In this document: positions 53,996 to 63,789 of the stretch, piece after piece
Numbering within the stretch: the stretch's first letter is position 1
Layout of the letters: every line of letters starts with the position of its first letter
Origin: Clostridia bacterium
GTDB lineage: Bacteria; Bacillota; Clostridia; JAAYHZ01
Direction: 5' to 3'
DNA: 64,000 nucleotides
NCBI GenBank assembly: GCA_050950825.1
Contig: JBMNIH010000001.1
Location: forward strand, 32,001-96,000
Made by a program: the position numbers and the translations under genes
Notes under the pieces: model-generated
The model's database searches: none
Told to the model about the DNA's origin: nothing
The model's input: the letters and a program-made list of their open reading frames with translations, nothing else

Positions 53996-55291
53996 TTAAA
54001 TTTCCAATCTTTTTCGTATTCTTTTTACTTCGGCTTTTATTCTTTCCGTATCCATGCAAAGGATTTCTCGATCCCTCATAACCGTCTCTCCGTCTATGAT
54101 AACGGTTTTTACGTCGCTTCCCTGCATGGAATATACGATTTGAGCGATAGGATCTCCGGAGCCCGGAACGTTGTGGAATCCGGTTTCGTCCAGCAATACG
54201 ATATCCGCCAAATATCCTCTTTCAAGCTTGCCGATTGGAAATCCCAACGCCTTCCCGCCGTTTTCGGTTGCCATACGGAAGGTTTCCCGTGCACTCATTA
54301 ATTTGCTGTCTCGATGAACCCCTTTATGAATCAAAGAAGCGATATGCATTTCTTCGATCATATTCAAATTGTTGTTTGAAGCGGCTCCGTCGGTACCCAA
54401 GCATACACAAATCCCTTCTTTTAGCATCTTATCGACGGGAGATATTCCGGACCCTAACTTTAAATTGCTTGTAGGGTTGTGTACCGGATAAATCCTTTTA
54501 TCCTTCATAAAGGAAATATCGGCATCATCCACGTGTACCGTATGGGCCGCGATAACCGGAACACGAAACATCCCCAGCTCCTCCATGGTTTCCAATACTC
54601 TTTTTCCGAACTTCGACTCTAAGCTCCTTTTTTCATCGGCGGTTTCCAAAACGTGAATATGAATGGTGCTGTTCGTTTCAGCGGCCAAATCCACCGACTC
54701 TTTAATTCTGTCATAATCGTACAGATACAAAGAATGAATTTCCATGGATACTCGAATCCTGTTGTTTGCAGCCCCATGGTATTCTTTAAGAAAGCTTTCA
54801 TACCCTTGCTTGTCGAAAAGAGTTCCTCTTTCAATCCTGCTGTCCGAGGTTAAAGTATTTTTCGATATGTTCGCCCGCATTTTGCTGTCGATTACCGCTT
54901 TTGCGCACTGCTCCATATCCAAATACATATCCAAAAAACAAGTGGTGCCGGAAGAAATCATCTCACAAGCCGCCAGCATGGTCCCCCAATAATAGTCGTC
55001 GCCCGCAAGGCGGGCTTCGATGGGTATAATATGTCCGAAAAGCCAATCTTCCAGCTTCATATCGTTGGCAATGTTTCTTAAAATGACCATAGGTGCATGG
55101 CAGTGGCAATTGACCAATCCCGGTATGGCAATGCAGCCCTTCCCGTCTATAATTTGATCAAAGGGACCTTGTGCTTCCGTTCTTTTTCCTGCATAGGTAA
55201 TGAGATTTCCCTCATAGATGATCATGCCGTCATCCATAACTTCGCTATCCGCATCTCTTACCAGCTTGACATTCTTGATTAACCCTTTCAT
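53996..55291 (-). CDS. mtaD: 5'-methylthioadenosine/S-adenosylhomocysteine deaminase
   Basis: NCHCH, HIHVLE, AHTVH, HNPTSNLKLGSG, GTDGAASNN; adjacent to ahcY. Confidence 0.85.
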   Translation of the reverse strand: MKGLIKNVKLVRDADSEVMDDGMIIYEGNLITYAGKRTEAQGPFDQIIDGKGCIAIPGLVNCHCHAPMVILRNIANDMKLEDWLFGHIIPIEARLAGDDYYWGTMLAACEMISSGTTCFLDMYLDMEQCAKAVIDSKMRANISKNTLTSDSRIERGTLFDKQGYESFLKEYHGAANNRIRVSMEIHSLYLYDYDRIKESVDLAAETNSTIHIHVLETADEKRSLESKFGKRVLETMEELGMFRVPVIAAHTVHVDDADISFMKDKRIYPVHNPTSNLKLGSGISPVDKMLKEGICVCLGTDGAASNNNLNMIEEMHIASLIHKGVHRDSKLMSARETFRMATENGGKALGFPIGKLERGYLADIVLLDETGFHNVPGSGDPIAQIVYSMQGSDVKTVIIDGETVMRDREILCMDTERIKAEVKRIRKRLEI

Positions 55292-55311
55292 TTTCTTACC
55301 TCGATCGTATA

Positions 55312-56559
55312 TTAAAGATCCCAACTGCTCAGATATTTTCTTTGCTCTTCATCCAATACGTCGATGGTCTTACCCCGGCTTTCCAGATTGATGAAGGCAA
55401 CATTTTTATCGATGGACTCCGGTACGGCATAGACGTTTTTTTGAAGCTCTTTTCCCTTTTCCAATAGGTACAAATTGCACAAAGCTTGAAGGGCAAAGCT
55501 CATATCCATAATTTCAGCCGGATGCCCGTCTCCCGCCGCCAAATTGACCAAACGTCCCTCCGCCAACAGATAGATTTCATTCCCGTTTTCAAGAGTGTAT
55601 CCGGTTATGTTACGACGAGCTTGGCGTTTGGAAACGGCCGCCTGCTCCAGCTGCTCCACACTGATTTCCACGTTAAAATGACCGGCGTTGCATAAAATGG
55701 CTCCGTTTTTCAGCTTGGAAAAATGCCGCTTCGTAATCACGTCCTTGCATCCCGTGACGGTTATGAAAAGATCTCCAATTTCACAGGCTTGATCCATGGG
55801 CATTACGTCAAATCCGTCCATTATCGCTTCACAAGCCTTAATGGGGTCGATTTCGGTAATCACCACATGGGCACCGAAGCCTTTCGCTCGCATAGCTACG
55901 CCTTTTCCGCACCATCCGTACCCGGCGATGACGACGGTTTTACCGGCAACGATAAGATTGGTGGTTCTGTTAATCCCGTCCCAAACCGATTGTCCCGTGC
56001 CGTAGCGATTGTCAAACAGGTATTTCATCTTTGCGTCATTCACGGCAATCATGGGGAATTTCAGTTTCTTTTCTTTTGCCAAGGCGCGTAGGCGCATAAC
56101 ACCTGTTGTGGTTTCTTCGCAGCCGCCGATGAGGTTTTCCGCAAATTCCGGACATACGGTGTGCAAAAGATGCACCAAATCTCCGCCGTCGTCTATGATG
56201 AGGTGAGGCTTGCATTCCAAAACCTTAATCAAATTGTTTACGTATTCTTCCTCGGTACAGTCGTACCATGCAAAAACATTGATCCCCTCTTTCACCAGGG
56301 CGGCGGCCACGTCGTCTTGGGTAGACAAGGGGTTGCATCCCGTTAAATAGACGGTTGCTCCTAATTCCTTCAGCTTTAACGCCAAATAGGCGGTTTTTGC
56401 TTCCAAGTGAATCGACATGGCGATTCGGTATCCGGAAAAAGGTTTTTGATCTCGATAAATCTCCGCTATTTTGTTTAATATGGGCATCTTGTTTGCTACC
56501 CAACGAATCTTTTGTTGTCCGGATTCATAGACTTCCGTATTCTTCACGGCATAAGACAT
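55312..56559 (-). CDS. ahcY: Adenosylhomocysteinase
   Basis: HLEAKT, NPLSTQD, EETTTG, FDNRYGT, GYGWCG, GHPAEIMDMSF. Confidence 0.96.
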   Translation of the reverse strand: MSYAVKNTEVYESGQQKIRWVANKMPILNKIAEIYRDQKPFSGYRIAMSIHLEAKTAYLALKLKELGATVYLTGCNPLSTQDDVAAALVKEGINVFAWYDCTEEEYVNNLIKVLECKPHLIIDDGGDLVHLLHTVCPEFAENLIGGCEETTTGVMRLRALAKEKKLKFPMIAVNDAKMKYLFDNRYGTGQSVWDGINRTTNLIVAGKTVVIAGYGWCGKGVAMRAKGFGAHVVITEIDPIKACEAIMDGFDVMPMDQACEIGDLFITVTGCKDVITKRHFSKLKNGAILCNAGHFNVEISVEQLEQAAVSKRQARRNITGYTLENGNEIYLLAEGRLVNLAAGDGHPAEIMDMSFALQALCNLYLLEKGKELQKNVYAVPESIDKNVAFINLESRGKTIDVLDEEQRKYLSSWDL

Positions 56560-56581
56560 AACGTACCTTCCTTTCCAAGGA

Positions 56582-57391
56582 TCATATCCGATCCAATATT
56601 TCTTTTACGAAAGAAATAAAGAGGGGTTTTATACGATCTCCGGTTTCCATAACCTCTTCATGACTTAGGGGTTGATCCAAAACTCCGGCCGCCATGTTGG
56701 ATATGCAGGATATTCCCAAAACTTTAATACCGCAGTGATTTGCCGTTATGACCTCCGGAACCGTCGACATTCCCACCGCATCTCCCCCCAATATGCGTAT
56801 CGCTCGGATTTCAGCGGGAGTTTCGAACATGGGACCTTGCGTGAAAACATACACCCCTTTTCGTACGGGAATATTCAGCTTTTTTGCACAAGCTTCTGCA
56901 ATACGAATCAATTCGGGATTGTATGCATAAGACATGTCCGGAAAGCGGGGACCGAACTCCGAAAAATTCGGACCTCTTAAAGGAGACGGAGCAAAAAGGC
57001 CGATATGATCGGTGATAATCATCAAATCTCCCGGATTAAACTCGGTATTAACCCCTCCGGCCGCGTTGGTAATAATCAGCTTTTCGACTCCTAAAAGCTT
57101 CATCAGCCGTACACCGTATACAACCCGAGAAGGTTCGTACCCTTCGTAAAAATGGAAACGTCCTTTCATCAGTACGGCAAATTTTCCATTGTACTCACCG
57201 AACACCAGCCGTCCGTCATGACCGGGAACCGTGGATACCGGAAACTCCGGTATTTCGTTATACGAAATCTCGATTTTGTTTTCAAAAGAATCGGTTACTC
57301 CGCCTAATCCCGACCCTAAAATCAAACCGTAAGATACTTTTCTTTTTATGATATTGTACACATAATTATAGGCTTTTTTCAGTTCTTCCAT
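56582..57391 (-). CDS. punA: Purine nucleoside phosphorylase I
   Basis: LGSGLG, GRFHFYEG, TNAAGG, FETPAE, VGMSTVPE. Confidence 0.95.
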   Translation of the reverse strand: MEELKKAYNYVYNIIKRKVSYGLILGSGLGGVTDSFENKIEISYNEIPEFPVSTVPGHDGRLVFGEYNGKFAVLMKGRFHFYEGYEPSRVVYGVRLMKLLGVEKLIITNAAGGVNTEFNPGDLMIITDHIGLFAPSPLRGPNFSEFGPRFPDMSYAYNPELIRIAEACAKKLNIPVRKGVYVFTQGPMFETPAEIRAIRILGGDAVGMSTVPEVITANHCGIKVLGISCISNMAAGVLDQPLSHEEVMETGDRIKPLFISFVKEILDRI

Positions 57392-57407
57392 GGTTCCATC
57401 TCCTTTA

Positions 57408-58601
57408 TCATATATCCAGACTGTTCATATCCGGCCGTCTTCTTTTTCGAGTCATCTCCACTAAATTCAACTTCGTTATTCCTACGACTACGGTTCTTGT
57501 TTTGTCTTCCTTCAAGGACCTTTTAAGCTCCTCCAGCAAAACACGCTTGTCTTCCTCTTGCTTCATATCAATGAAATCGATAATAATGATACCGCCGATA
57601 TCTCGCAAACGCAATTGCTTCGCAATTTCTCTTGCCGCTTGGATATTGGTTTCCATGATGGTATCACGAAGCTCGCTTTTTCCCACATTCTTCCCCGTAT
57701 TCACATCGATGACCGTCAAAGCTTCCGTTTTGTCTATGACAATATATCCGCCGCATTTTAACCAAACCTTTCTTGCCGCCATTTTTACAAGGCAGGCATC
57801 GATTCGGTCGTGCCAAAATCGGCTTTCTTCCACGCCGGCGTACTTTAATACCGATCTTGACTCCGGAGATATCCATCCGAGCATTTCATCCATAACACGA
57901 TATACATCCGTATCGTCGGTAATCACCTTTTCCACGGATTGCTTAAGCAACTCTCGAATGGCGAATTCCACCGCATCGGCACCGTGGTACAGCAAACAAG
58001 GAACGGGCCCGTCCGATTCTTTTTTCATAATTCCTTCGATTCTATGCATGATGAAAGACAAATCGTTGCAAATTTGGTCTTCCTCCGCACCTTCCGCCTC
58101 CGTCCGAATAATCAAACCGAAGCCTTCCGGTTTAATCTTGCTTGCCAAGCGGAACAATCTTTCTCTTTCCGCCAAGTCCTTGATCTTTTTTGAAACGTAA
58201 GCGCCTTCGCTTCCCGGTATGCAGATTACGTACATACCGGCAAAGGTAACGTTTGTTGTCACCCGAGGACCTTTGCTTCCCGGAGCTTCTTTCAAAACCT
58301 GCACGGTTATCTTATCTCCCGGCTTCAGCTGCGCTAGGGTTTGCTCTCCTGACAACATCATTTTAACGGATGCACGGTTTTCACCCAAGTACAAATAGGC
58401 GTTTTTATGTACACCGATATCAATAAAAGCGGCTTGCATGCCGGGCAGGTAACTTTGGATCTTTCCTCGATATACGTTGCCTACGATTCCGCTGTCATTT
58501 TTTCTATCGATATACAACTCCGCAATTCGATCGTTTTCGTATAAAGCAATTCGCAATTCGTTTTCGTGCTTTCCTATAAACAATGTGTCCGACACCGACA
58601 T
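57408..58601 (-). CDS. Rne/Rng family ribonuclease
   Basis: S1 domain GNVYRG..AAFIDIG, IDVNTG, QLRLRDIGGIIIIDFIDM; start near 58601/58595. Confidence 0.93.
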   Translation of the reverse strand: MSVSDTLFIGKHENELRIALYENDRIAELYIDRKNDSGIVGNVYRGKIQSYLPGMQAAFIDIGVHKNAYLYLGENRASVKMMLSGEQTLAQLKPGDKITVQVLKEAPGSKGPRVTTNVTFAGMYVICIPGSEGAYVSKKIKDLAERERLFRLASKIKPEGFGLIIRTEAEGAEEDQICNDLSFIMHRIEGIMKKESDGPVPCLLYHGADAVEFAIRELLKQSVEKVITDDTDVYRVMDEMLGWISPESRSVLKYAGVEESRFWHDRIDACLVKMAARKVWLKCGGYIVIDKTEALTVIDVNTGKNVGKSELRDTIMETNIQAAREIAKQLRLRDIGGIIIIDFIDMKQEEDKRVLLEELKRSLKEDKTRTVVVGITKLNLVEMTRKRRRPDMNSLDI

Positions 58602-58639
58602 CCCTCCGCTAATTGTTCCGCAATGAACCGGTTTTCGCC

Positions 58640-59320
58640 TTATCGGATCGGTACCGTTTTGCCGTTTTCGTTTTTGTACAGCCCCGTTCTTTCTAAAGAC
58701 AACAAATCGAATCGATAGTCGGTATACATACAAACGGCTCTCCATAGCAGTATGGGATTTAAATTGTTAACGCTTCCCGCACTGCACATAACATCCAAAA
58801 CGGTCGTTTCTCCTTCTCGGCTGACGCGATACCATTGGAGCATGTCCTTAATATTTATCATTTTCAAGCTTTTCTTTGTTTCTTTTTCGATGTAGATGCC
58901 CTCTTGGTCCAAAATGCTTTTCATCTCGTTTGTAAAAACGTCCGCATCGCAATCCAAAGGTCTCATCACATACCGGTAGCTTGCGTTTGTAACTTGACTC
59001 ATAAGACTTTTTTTATCTTCCGTGACAACCGCCTCGTATACAATCAGCCCTTCCGGCAAGGCTTTGTTCAAACGTTGAACAAGCTCGTCGCAGGAGAACG
59101 GCTCTTCGATAACCGCATCCATAAAGCAGACATCGGATACGACCCCTACGGGAAGAGGCAGGTCGAATGACAATTTCGGATGAGGATTAAATCCTTCCGT
59201 GTGCTCCAACGGAATGCCGGCTCTCCGAAAGCTTCTTTCCATACAACGCATTAAATCCAGGTGGGAAACAAATTGGGTTTGTCCTTTTTTCCCGAACCGA
59301 AATCGGACGGTTTTACTCAT
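58640..59320 (-). CDS. TIGR03936 family radical SAM-associated protein
   Basis: SHLDLMR..RRAG..GFNPHPK; ATG at 59320. Confidence 0.9.
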   Translation of the reverse strand: MSKTVRFRFGKKGQTQFVSHLDLMRCMERSFRRAGIPLEHTEGFNPHPKLSFDLPLPVGVVSDVCFMDAVIEEPFSCDELVQRLNKALPEGLIVYEAVVTEDKKSLMSQVTNASYRYVMRPLDCDADVFTNEMKSILDQEGIYIEKETKKSLKMINIKDMLQWYRVSREGETTVLDVMCSAGSVNNLNPILLWRAVCMYTDYRFDLLSLERTGLYKNENGKTVPIR

Positions 59321-61154
59321 AGCAGACACCTCCCCCGAAGGAAACGGCGCCGCATCCGGTACAAAGAGTTCTGCAATCCGGTGTGGTTTCTCCCGCCTTG
59401 GCTTTTTCATATTCGCGCCATAAATACTTGCGAGAAACCCCTATGTCTATATGATCCCAAGGCAGGATCTCCTCTTTTCCTCTTTCGCGCATACTGAAAA
59501 ATGCAGGATCTATACCGCATTCTTTAAAGGCCTTGACCCATTTTTCGTAATTGAAATGCTCATTCCAAGAATCGAATTTGCATCCGCTTTCCCATGCTTT
59601 GTAAATGGCTTTGGCTATGGATCGGTCGCCCCTCGCCATAACGGCTTCCAATACACTCATATCCCCGTGATGCCAATTGTAGCGAACCTTTTTGTTTTTC
59701 TTAAGGAGCTTTTCCAAATGCTGCTGCCTTTTTACATACTCCTCTTTCTCGATTTGCGGTACCCATTGGAAAGGAGTAAAAGGCTTCGGTACAAAATACG
59801 ACGTACTTACCGTAATGCTTAACCTTCCGTACAGCTTTTTGTTTTCCGACTCTTTATATATATCGGTAATTTTCTCCGTCAATTGAGCGATACCTTCCAC
59901 GTCTTCGAGAGTCTCTCCGGGAAGACCCAGCATAAAATACAGCTTGATCGTCGTATAACCGCCGGATTGGGCGATCTTTACGGCATTTAAAATGTCCTCT
60001 TCCGAAATGTTTTTGTTGATGACATCCCTCAATCGTTGAGTTCCGGCCTCCGGTGCGAAGGTAAGTCCGCTTTTTCTCACCTTTTGCGTCTTCTCCATTA
60101 AATCCAGAGAAAAAGAATCCACCCTTAAAGAAGGTAGCGACAGATTGACTTTTCTTTTTTCCGTTTCCTCCGTCAGTTTTTCCGTAAATTCGGCAAGCTG
60201 CGTATAATCGCTGGTACTCAAGGAGGTTAAAGCCACTTCCGAGTGTCCCGTACAGTCTAGCAAATCGAGGGCTTGTTTTATCAAGGTATCGGCCTTTTTC
60301 TCTCGAACGGGACGATACACAAAACCGGCTTGGCAAAAACGGCAGCCTCGGATGCAGCCTCGAAACAGCTCTAATACCACGCGATCGTGAACGGGCTCTA
60401 TGAAGGGTACAATGTCATTGGTAAGGTATTCTGCAGCGTCAAAATCTTTTACGATTCTTTTTCGAATAACGTCGGGAGCAAAATCCTCCTTCACCCGTTT
60501 GCTTATGGTGCCGTCCGAATTGTATTCGAAATCATAAAAGCAAGGCACATAAACGCCTTGTATGGAAGAAATCGACTTTAGAAAATCTTTTCTTTTCCCT
60601 TTTTGATTCTTCCACCGGGTATAGGCATCCATGATCTCCAAAATGACTTCTTCTCCTTCTCCCAAAACGAAAAAGTCGAAAAAATCGGCGACAGGCTCGG
60701 GGTTATAGGTACAAGAGCCTCCGGCCAAAACAAAGGGGTGCTCTTCCGTTCTGTCTTTTGAGAAAAGAGGTACTTTTCCTAAATCCAGCATATTCAGAAC
60801 GTTGGTATAGCACATTTCGTATTGAAGGGTAAAACCTAAAAAGTCGAATTCGGTAAGAGGGTCCTTTGACTCGAGTCCATACAAGGGTATGCCTTCGGCT
60901 CGCATGACCTCTTCCATATCGACTTTAGGCGCAAAAACACGCTCACACCAGATATCTTCTTGACGATTTAATACATGGTACAATATTTTCATTCCCAAAT
61001 GGGACATTCCGATTTCATAAGTATCCGGGAAACAAAATGCAAATCGAATATTGACTTTATCTTTGTCTTTTACAACGCTGTTGTATTCGCCGCCGATATA
61101 GGCGGCAGGCTTTTCAACCTTCTGAAGCAGTTGGTTGCTTATATTTACAGGCAT
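59313..61154 (-). CDS. TIGR03960 family B12-binding radical SAM protein
   Basis: FPDTYEIGMSHLG, RGCIRGCRFCQAG, TFAPEAG. Confidence 0.93.
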   Translation of the reverse strand: MPVNISNQLLQKVEKPAAYIGGEYNSVVKDKDKVNIRFAFCFPDTYEIGMSHLGMKILYHVLNRQEDIWCERVFAPKVDMEEVMRAEGIPLYGLESKDPLTEFDFLGFTLQYEMCYTNVLNMLDLGKVPLFSKDRTEEHPFVLAGGSCTYNPEPVADFFDFFVLGEGEEVILEIMDAYTRWKNQKGKRKDFLKSISSIQGVYVPCFYDFEYNSDGTISKRVKEDFAPDVIRKRIVKDFDAAEYLTNDIVPFIEPVHDRVVLELFRGCIRGCRFCQAGFVYRPVREKKADTLIKQALDLLDCTGHSEVALTSLSTSDYTQLAEFTEKLTEETEKRKVNLSLPSLRVDSFSLDLMEKTQKVRKSGLTFAPEAGTQRLRDVINKNISEEDILNAVKIAQSGGYTTIKLYFMLGLPGETLEDVEGIAQLTEKITDIYKESENKKLYGRLSITVSTSYFVPKPFTPFQWVPQIEKEEYVKRQQHLEKLLKKNKKVRYNWHHGDMSVLEAVMARGDRSIAKAIYKAWESGCKFDSWNEHFNYEKWVKAFKECGIDPAFFSMRERGKEEILPWDHIDIGVSRKYLWREYEKAKAGETTPDCRTLCTGCGAVSFGGGVCYE

Positions 61155-61223
61155 TCAATAATCCTCCGGAGCAATTTGATAGTATCATTATTTTATTGTA
61201 CCACATATTACCGCAGATATTTA

Positions 61224-61985
61224 CTAGTTTTCAAACCGACTTAAGAATGCTTTTGTTCTGCCGTTTTGAGGATTATTGATTACTTGATCCGGACATCCTT
61301 GCTCTACGATGACACCGCCGTCCATAAATATGACATGGTTGGATACGTCGCGCGCAAAGCTCATTTCGTGGGTAACAATCACCATGGTCATATGTTCGGC
61401 GGCCAAATCCTTGATTACTCTTAAGATTTCCCCCGTCAACTCCGGGTCCAAAGCGGAAGTAGGTTCGTCAAAAAATAACACCTTTGGATTTAAAGCCAAT
61501 GCTCTTGCTATGGATACTCTCTGCTGCTGACCTCCCGACAATTGGTACGGATAGGCATTTTCTTTATCCAAAAGGCCCATTTTCCTTAAAAAATTTCGGC
61601 CTATTTCATAAGCTTCTTCCTTGCTTTTCTTTTGAACCGTAATTAAAGCATCCGTCACATTGCGAATAACGGAAAAGTGAGGAAAAAGGTTAAAGTTCTG
61701 AAATACCAGCCCGAAATACCGCTGTATTCTTTTTAAATCTTGGGGCGGTGCATAGACGGCACATCCGTTTTCATCGGTTTTTACCGCATGCTCCCCCACA
61801 TAAACTAATTCTCCCGAATCGATGGTTTCAAGCAAAGTAGCACAACGCAAAAGAGTGGACTTTCCCGATCCGGAAGGTCCGATAATGGACAACACTTCGC
61901 CTTGGTCCACCGACAAAGATATATCCTTTATGACATTTAAATCGCCGAAGCTTTTTTTCAAATTTTTTATTTCAAGTAGCTTCAT
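61224..61985 (-). CDS. Polar amino acid ABC transporter ATP-binding protein
   Basis: GPSGSGKS, LSGGQQQR, FDEPTSALDPE, VTHEM. Confidence 0.95.
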   Translation of the reverse strand: MKLLEIKNLKKSFGDLNVIKDISLSVDQGEVLSIIGPSGSGKSTLLRCATLLETIDSGELVYVGEHAVKTDENGCAVYAPPQDLKRIQRYFGLVFQNFNLFPHFSVIRNVTDALITVQKKSKEEAYEIGRNFLRKMGLLDKENAYPYQLSGGQQQRVSIARALALNPKVLFFDEPTSALDPELTGEILRVIKDLAAEHMTMVIVTHEMSFARDVSNHVIFMDGGVIVEQGCPDQVINNPQNGRTKAFLSRFEN

Positions 61986-62006
61986 ATTCTCTCTCCGTTC
62001 CATGAT

Positions 62007-62657
62007 TTATTGAAAATAGCTGAGTTTTTTCTCGAACCATTCCATCGTCGATGCAACAATGAAGTTGAACACGTAATAGAAGATACCGGCAACGATATAG
62101 GGTACCATGGACGTTTGGGCGGAAGCAAAGGCTTTGGCCATCGTAAACATTTCCATAACGGAAATGACAAATGCCAATGACGTGTCTTTAATAAGAGTGA
62201 TGACCTCGTTGGTGACGGAAGGCAGTATTCTTTTTATCACTTGAGGGAAAACGATTCTTACAAATGTCTGGGATTTGCTGTACCCTAACACTTTTGCCGC
62301 TTCATATTGCCCCACCGAAATGGATTCGATGCCACCTCGATAAATCTCTGCAAAATATGCAGCGTAATTCAGAACGAATCCGATAATAACCGCTTGAAAA
62401 CGATACGCATAGGATAGAGGAATCTTGAAAATGTAAAATGGTCCAAAGTATACGACCATTAACTGCAGTATCAAAGGCGTTCCTCTCATAATGGAGATAT
62501 AGATACGAAAGATATTTCGAATAATCAAATTTTTAGACATCCGTCCGAAGGCGACGAATAGTCCCAAAGGTAAAGAGAATACTAAGGTCAGTGTAAAAAT
62601 CTCCACTGACGTTAGCATTCCCTTTGACAACTCCGTTATTAAACCGGTTAAAGACAA
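62007..62657 (-). CDS. Polar amino acid ABC transporter permease
   Basis: RGTPL, AAYFAEIYRGG, GQYEAA, LIKDTSL. Confidence 0.95.
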   Translation of the reverse strand: MSLTGLITELSKGMLTSVEIFTLTLVFSLPLGLFVAFGRMSKNLIIRNIFRIYISIMRGTPLILQLMVVYFGPFYIFKIPLSYAYRFQAVIIGFVLNYAAYFAEIYRGGIESISVGQYEAAKVLGYSKSQTFVRIVFPQVIKRILPSVTNEVITLIKDTSLAFVISVMEMFTMAKAFASAQTSMVPYIVAGIFYYVFNFIVASTMEWFEKKLSYFQ

Positions 62658-62744
62658 TGATATAAACCCCCTTGTTTTTTCCCCTAGTTACGATGCGTCA
62701 ACGAATCGACGTACTCATCGTAAAAAAGAGCCGGTATAGCCGGC

Positions 62745-63524
62745 TCAGTTTTCCTTACCGATTATCGTTACGTCTTTTCCGAACCATTTCTTGGAAATCT
62801 TCTCCATTGTGCCGTCTTTCGCCATGGCCTCCAGCTGCTTTTGCACTTGATCTCTCAGCTCGGTGTTGCCTTTTAAGAAACCGACACCGTATACTTCTTC
62901 CGATAAAACTTCATCCAATATGACAAAGTCGGCCTTTCTCTGTTCAATTTGGTAGTTGGCAACGATTACGTCCATAACGATAGCGTCTACCGCGCCGGAT
63001 TCCAGATCCATAAACGCCGTGTTGTAATCCGCTGTTTTTATGTAAGATTTAAAGCTCTTCACCAGATCCGGTTCGTCTGCCAAAGCCGCCTCTGCACTGG
63101 ATTCAATTTGCACGGTAACGACTTTACCTGCCAAGTCGCTTAACGTTTTGATACCGGAGTTCTTTCGTACTACGAAAACCTGGGCGTTCTTCATATACGG
63201 TTCCGTCCATGTATACAGGTCTTCACGTTTATTCATGGTAAATCCGTTCCAAACGCAATCAATGTTTCCGGATGCCAATTCCATGTCTTTTGCATCCCAA
63301 GCGATAGGCTGCAATACCAACTTCTTATTCAAGCGTTTAGCCACTTCCGCAGCCAACTCCAAGTCAAAGCCTGTAAATTCGCCCTTTTCATCCACAAAGC
63401 CCATAGGCGGGAAGTTTTGGTCAAAGCCGACGATAAATGTATCTTCACTATCTTCTTTTTTACAAGCTGCCAATACGGTTATTAATAAAGTGATTACCAG
63501 TATGGACGTTAAAACTCTTTTCAT
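62745..63524 (-). CDS. Polar amino acid ABC transporter substrate-binding lipoprotein
   Basis: Lipobox LAAC, FPPMGF, GFDLELA. Confidence 0.95.
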   Translation of the reverse strand: MKRVLTSILVITLLITVLAACKKEDSEDTFIVGFDQNFPPMGFVDEKGEFTGFDLELAAEVAKRLNKKLVLQPIAWDAKDMELASGNIDCVWNGFTMNKREDLYTWTEPYMKNAQVFVVRKNSGIKTLSDLAGKVVTVQIESSAEAALADEPDLVKSFKSYIKTADYNTAFMDLESGAVDAIVMDVIVANYQIEQRKADFVILDEVLSEEVYGVGFLKGNTELRDQVQKQLEAMAKDGTMEKISKKWFGKDVTIIGKEN

Positions 63525-63558
63525 AAATTACACGCATCCTTTCCATTAATCGAACTAG

Positions 63559-63594
63559 CACTTTGATATGTTACCACATCAGCATGATAAAGTA
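63559..63594. promoter_or_regulatory. HisR (YerC/TrpR-like)-type operator
   Basis: CACATCAGCATGATAAAGTA (63575-63594) plus a CACTTT half-site at 63559, upstream of the SBP gene. Confidence 0.5.
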
Positions 63595-63645
63595 AAGTAG
63601 TAAAATGAAGCCCGGAGAAAAAATTAGAAAATGATAAAAAGGTAC

Positions 63646-63674
63646 TTGATAAATATGAACGGATAGATTATAAT
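63646..63674 (+). promoter_or_regulatory. SigA promoter of tRNA-Pro
   Basis: TTGATA-17 nt-TATAAT. Confidence 0.8.
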
Positions 63675-63712
63675 ACAGCATGTGCCTTGAGTACTAGGTA
63701 CAGCTCGGTTTA

Positions 63713-63789
63713 CGGGGTGTGGCTCAGCTTGGTAGAGCGCTTGGTTCGGGACCAAGAGGCCGGAGGTTCAAATCCTCTCACTCCGACCA
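63713..63789 (+). tRNA. tRNA-Pro (CGG)
   Basis: CGGGGTGTGGCTCAG...CTTGG-TTCGGGA-CCAAG...CTCCGACCA. Confidence 0.96.

Noticed and set aside
56560-57407. SAM/SAH riboswitch for ahcY-mtaD
   Set aside because: Intergenic gaps of about 16-22 bp are too short
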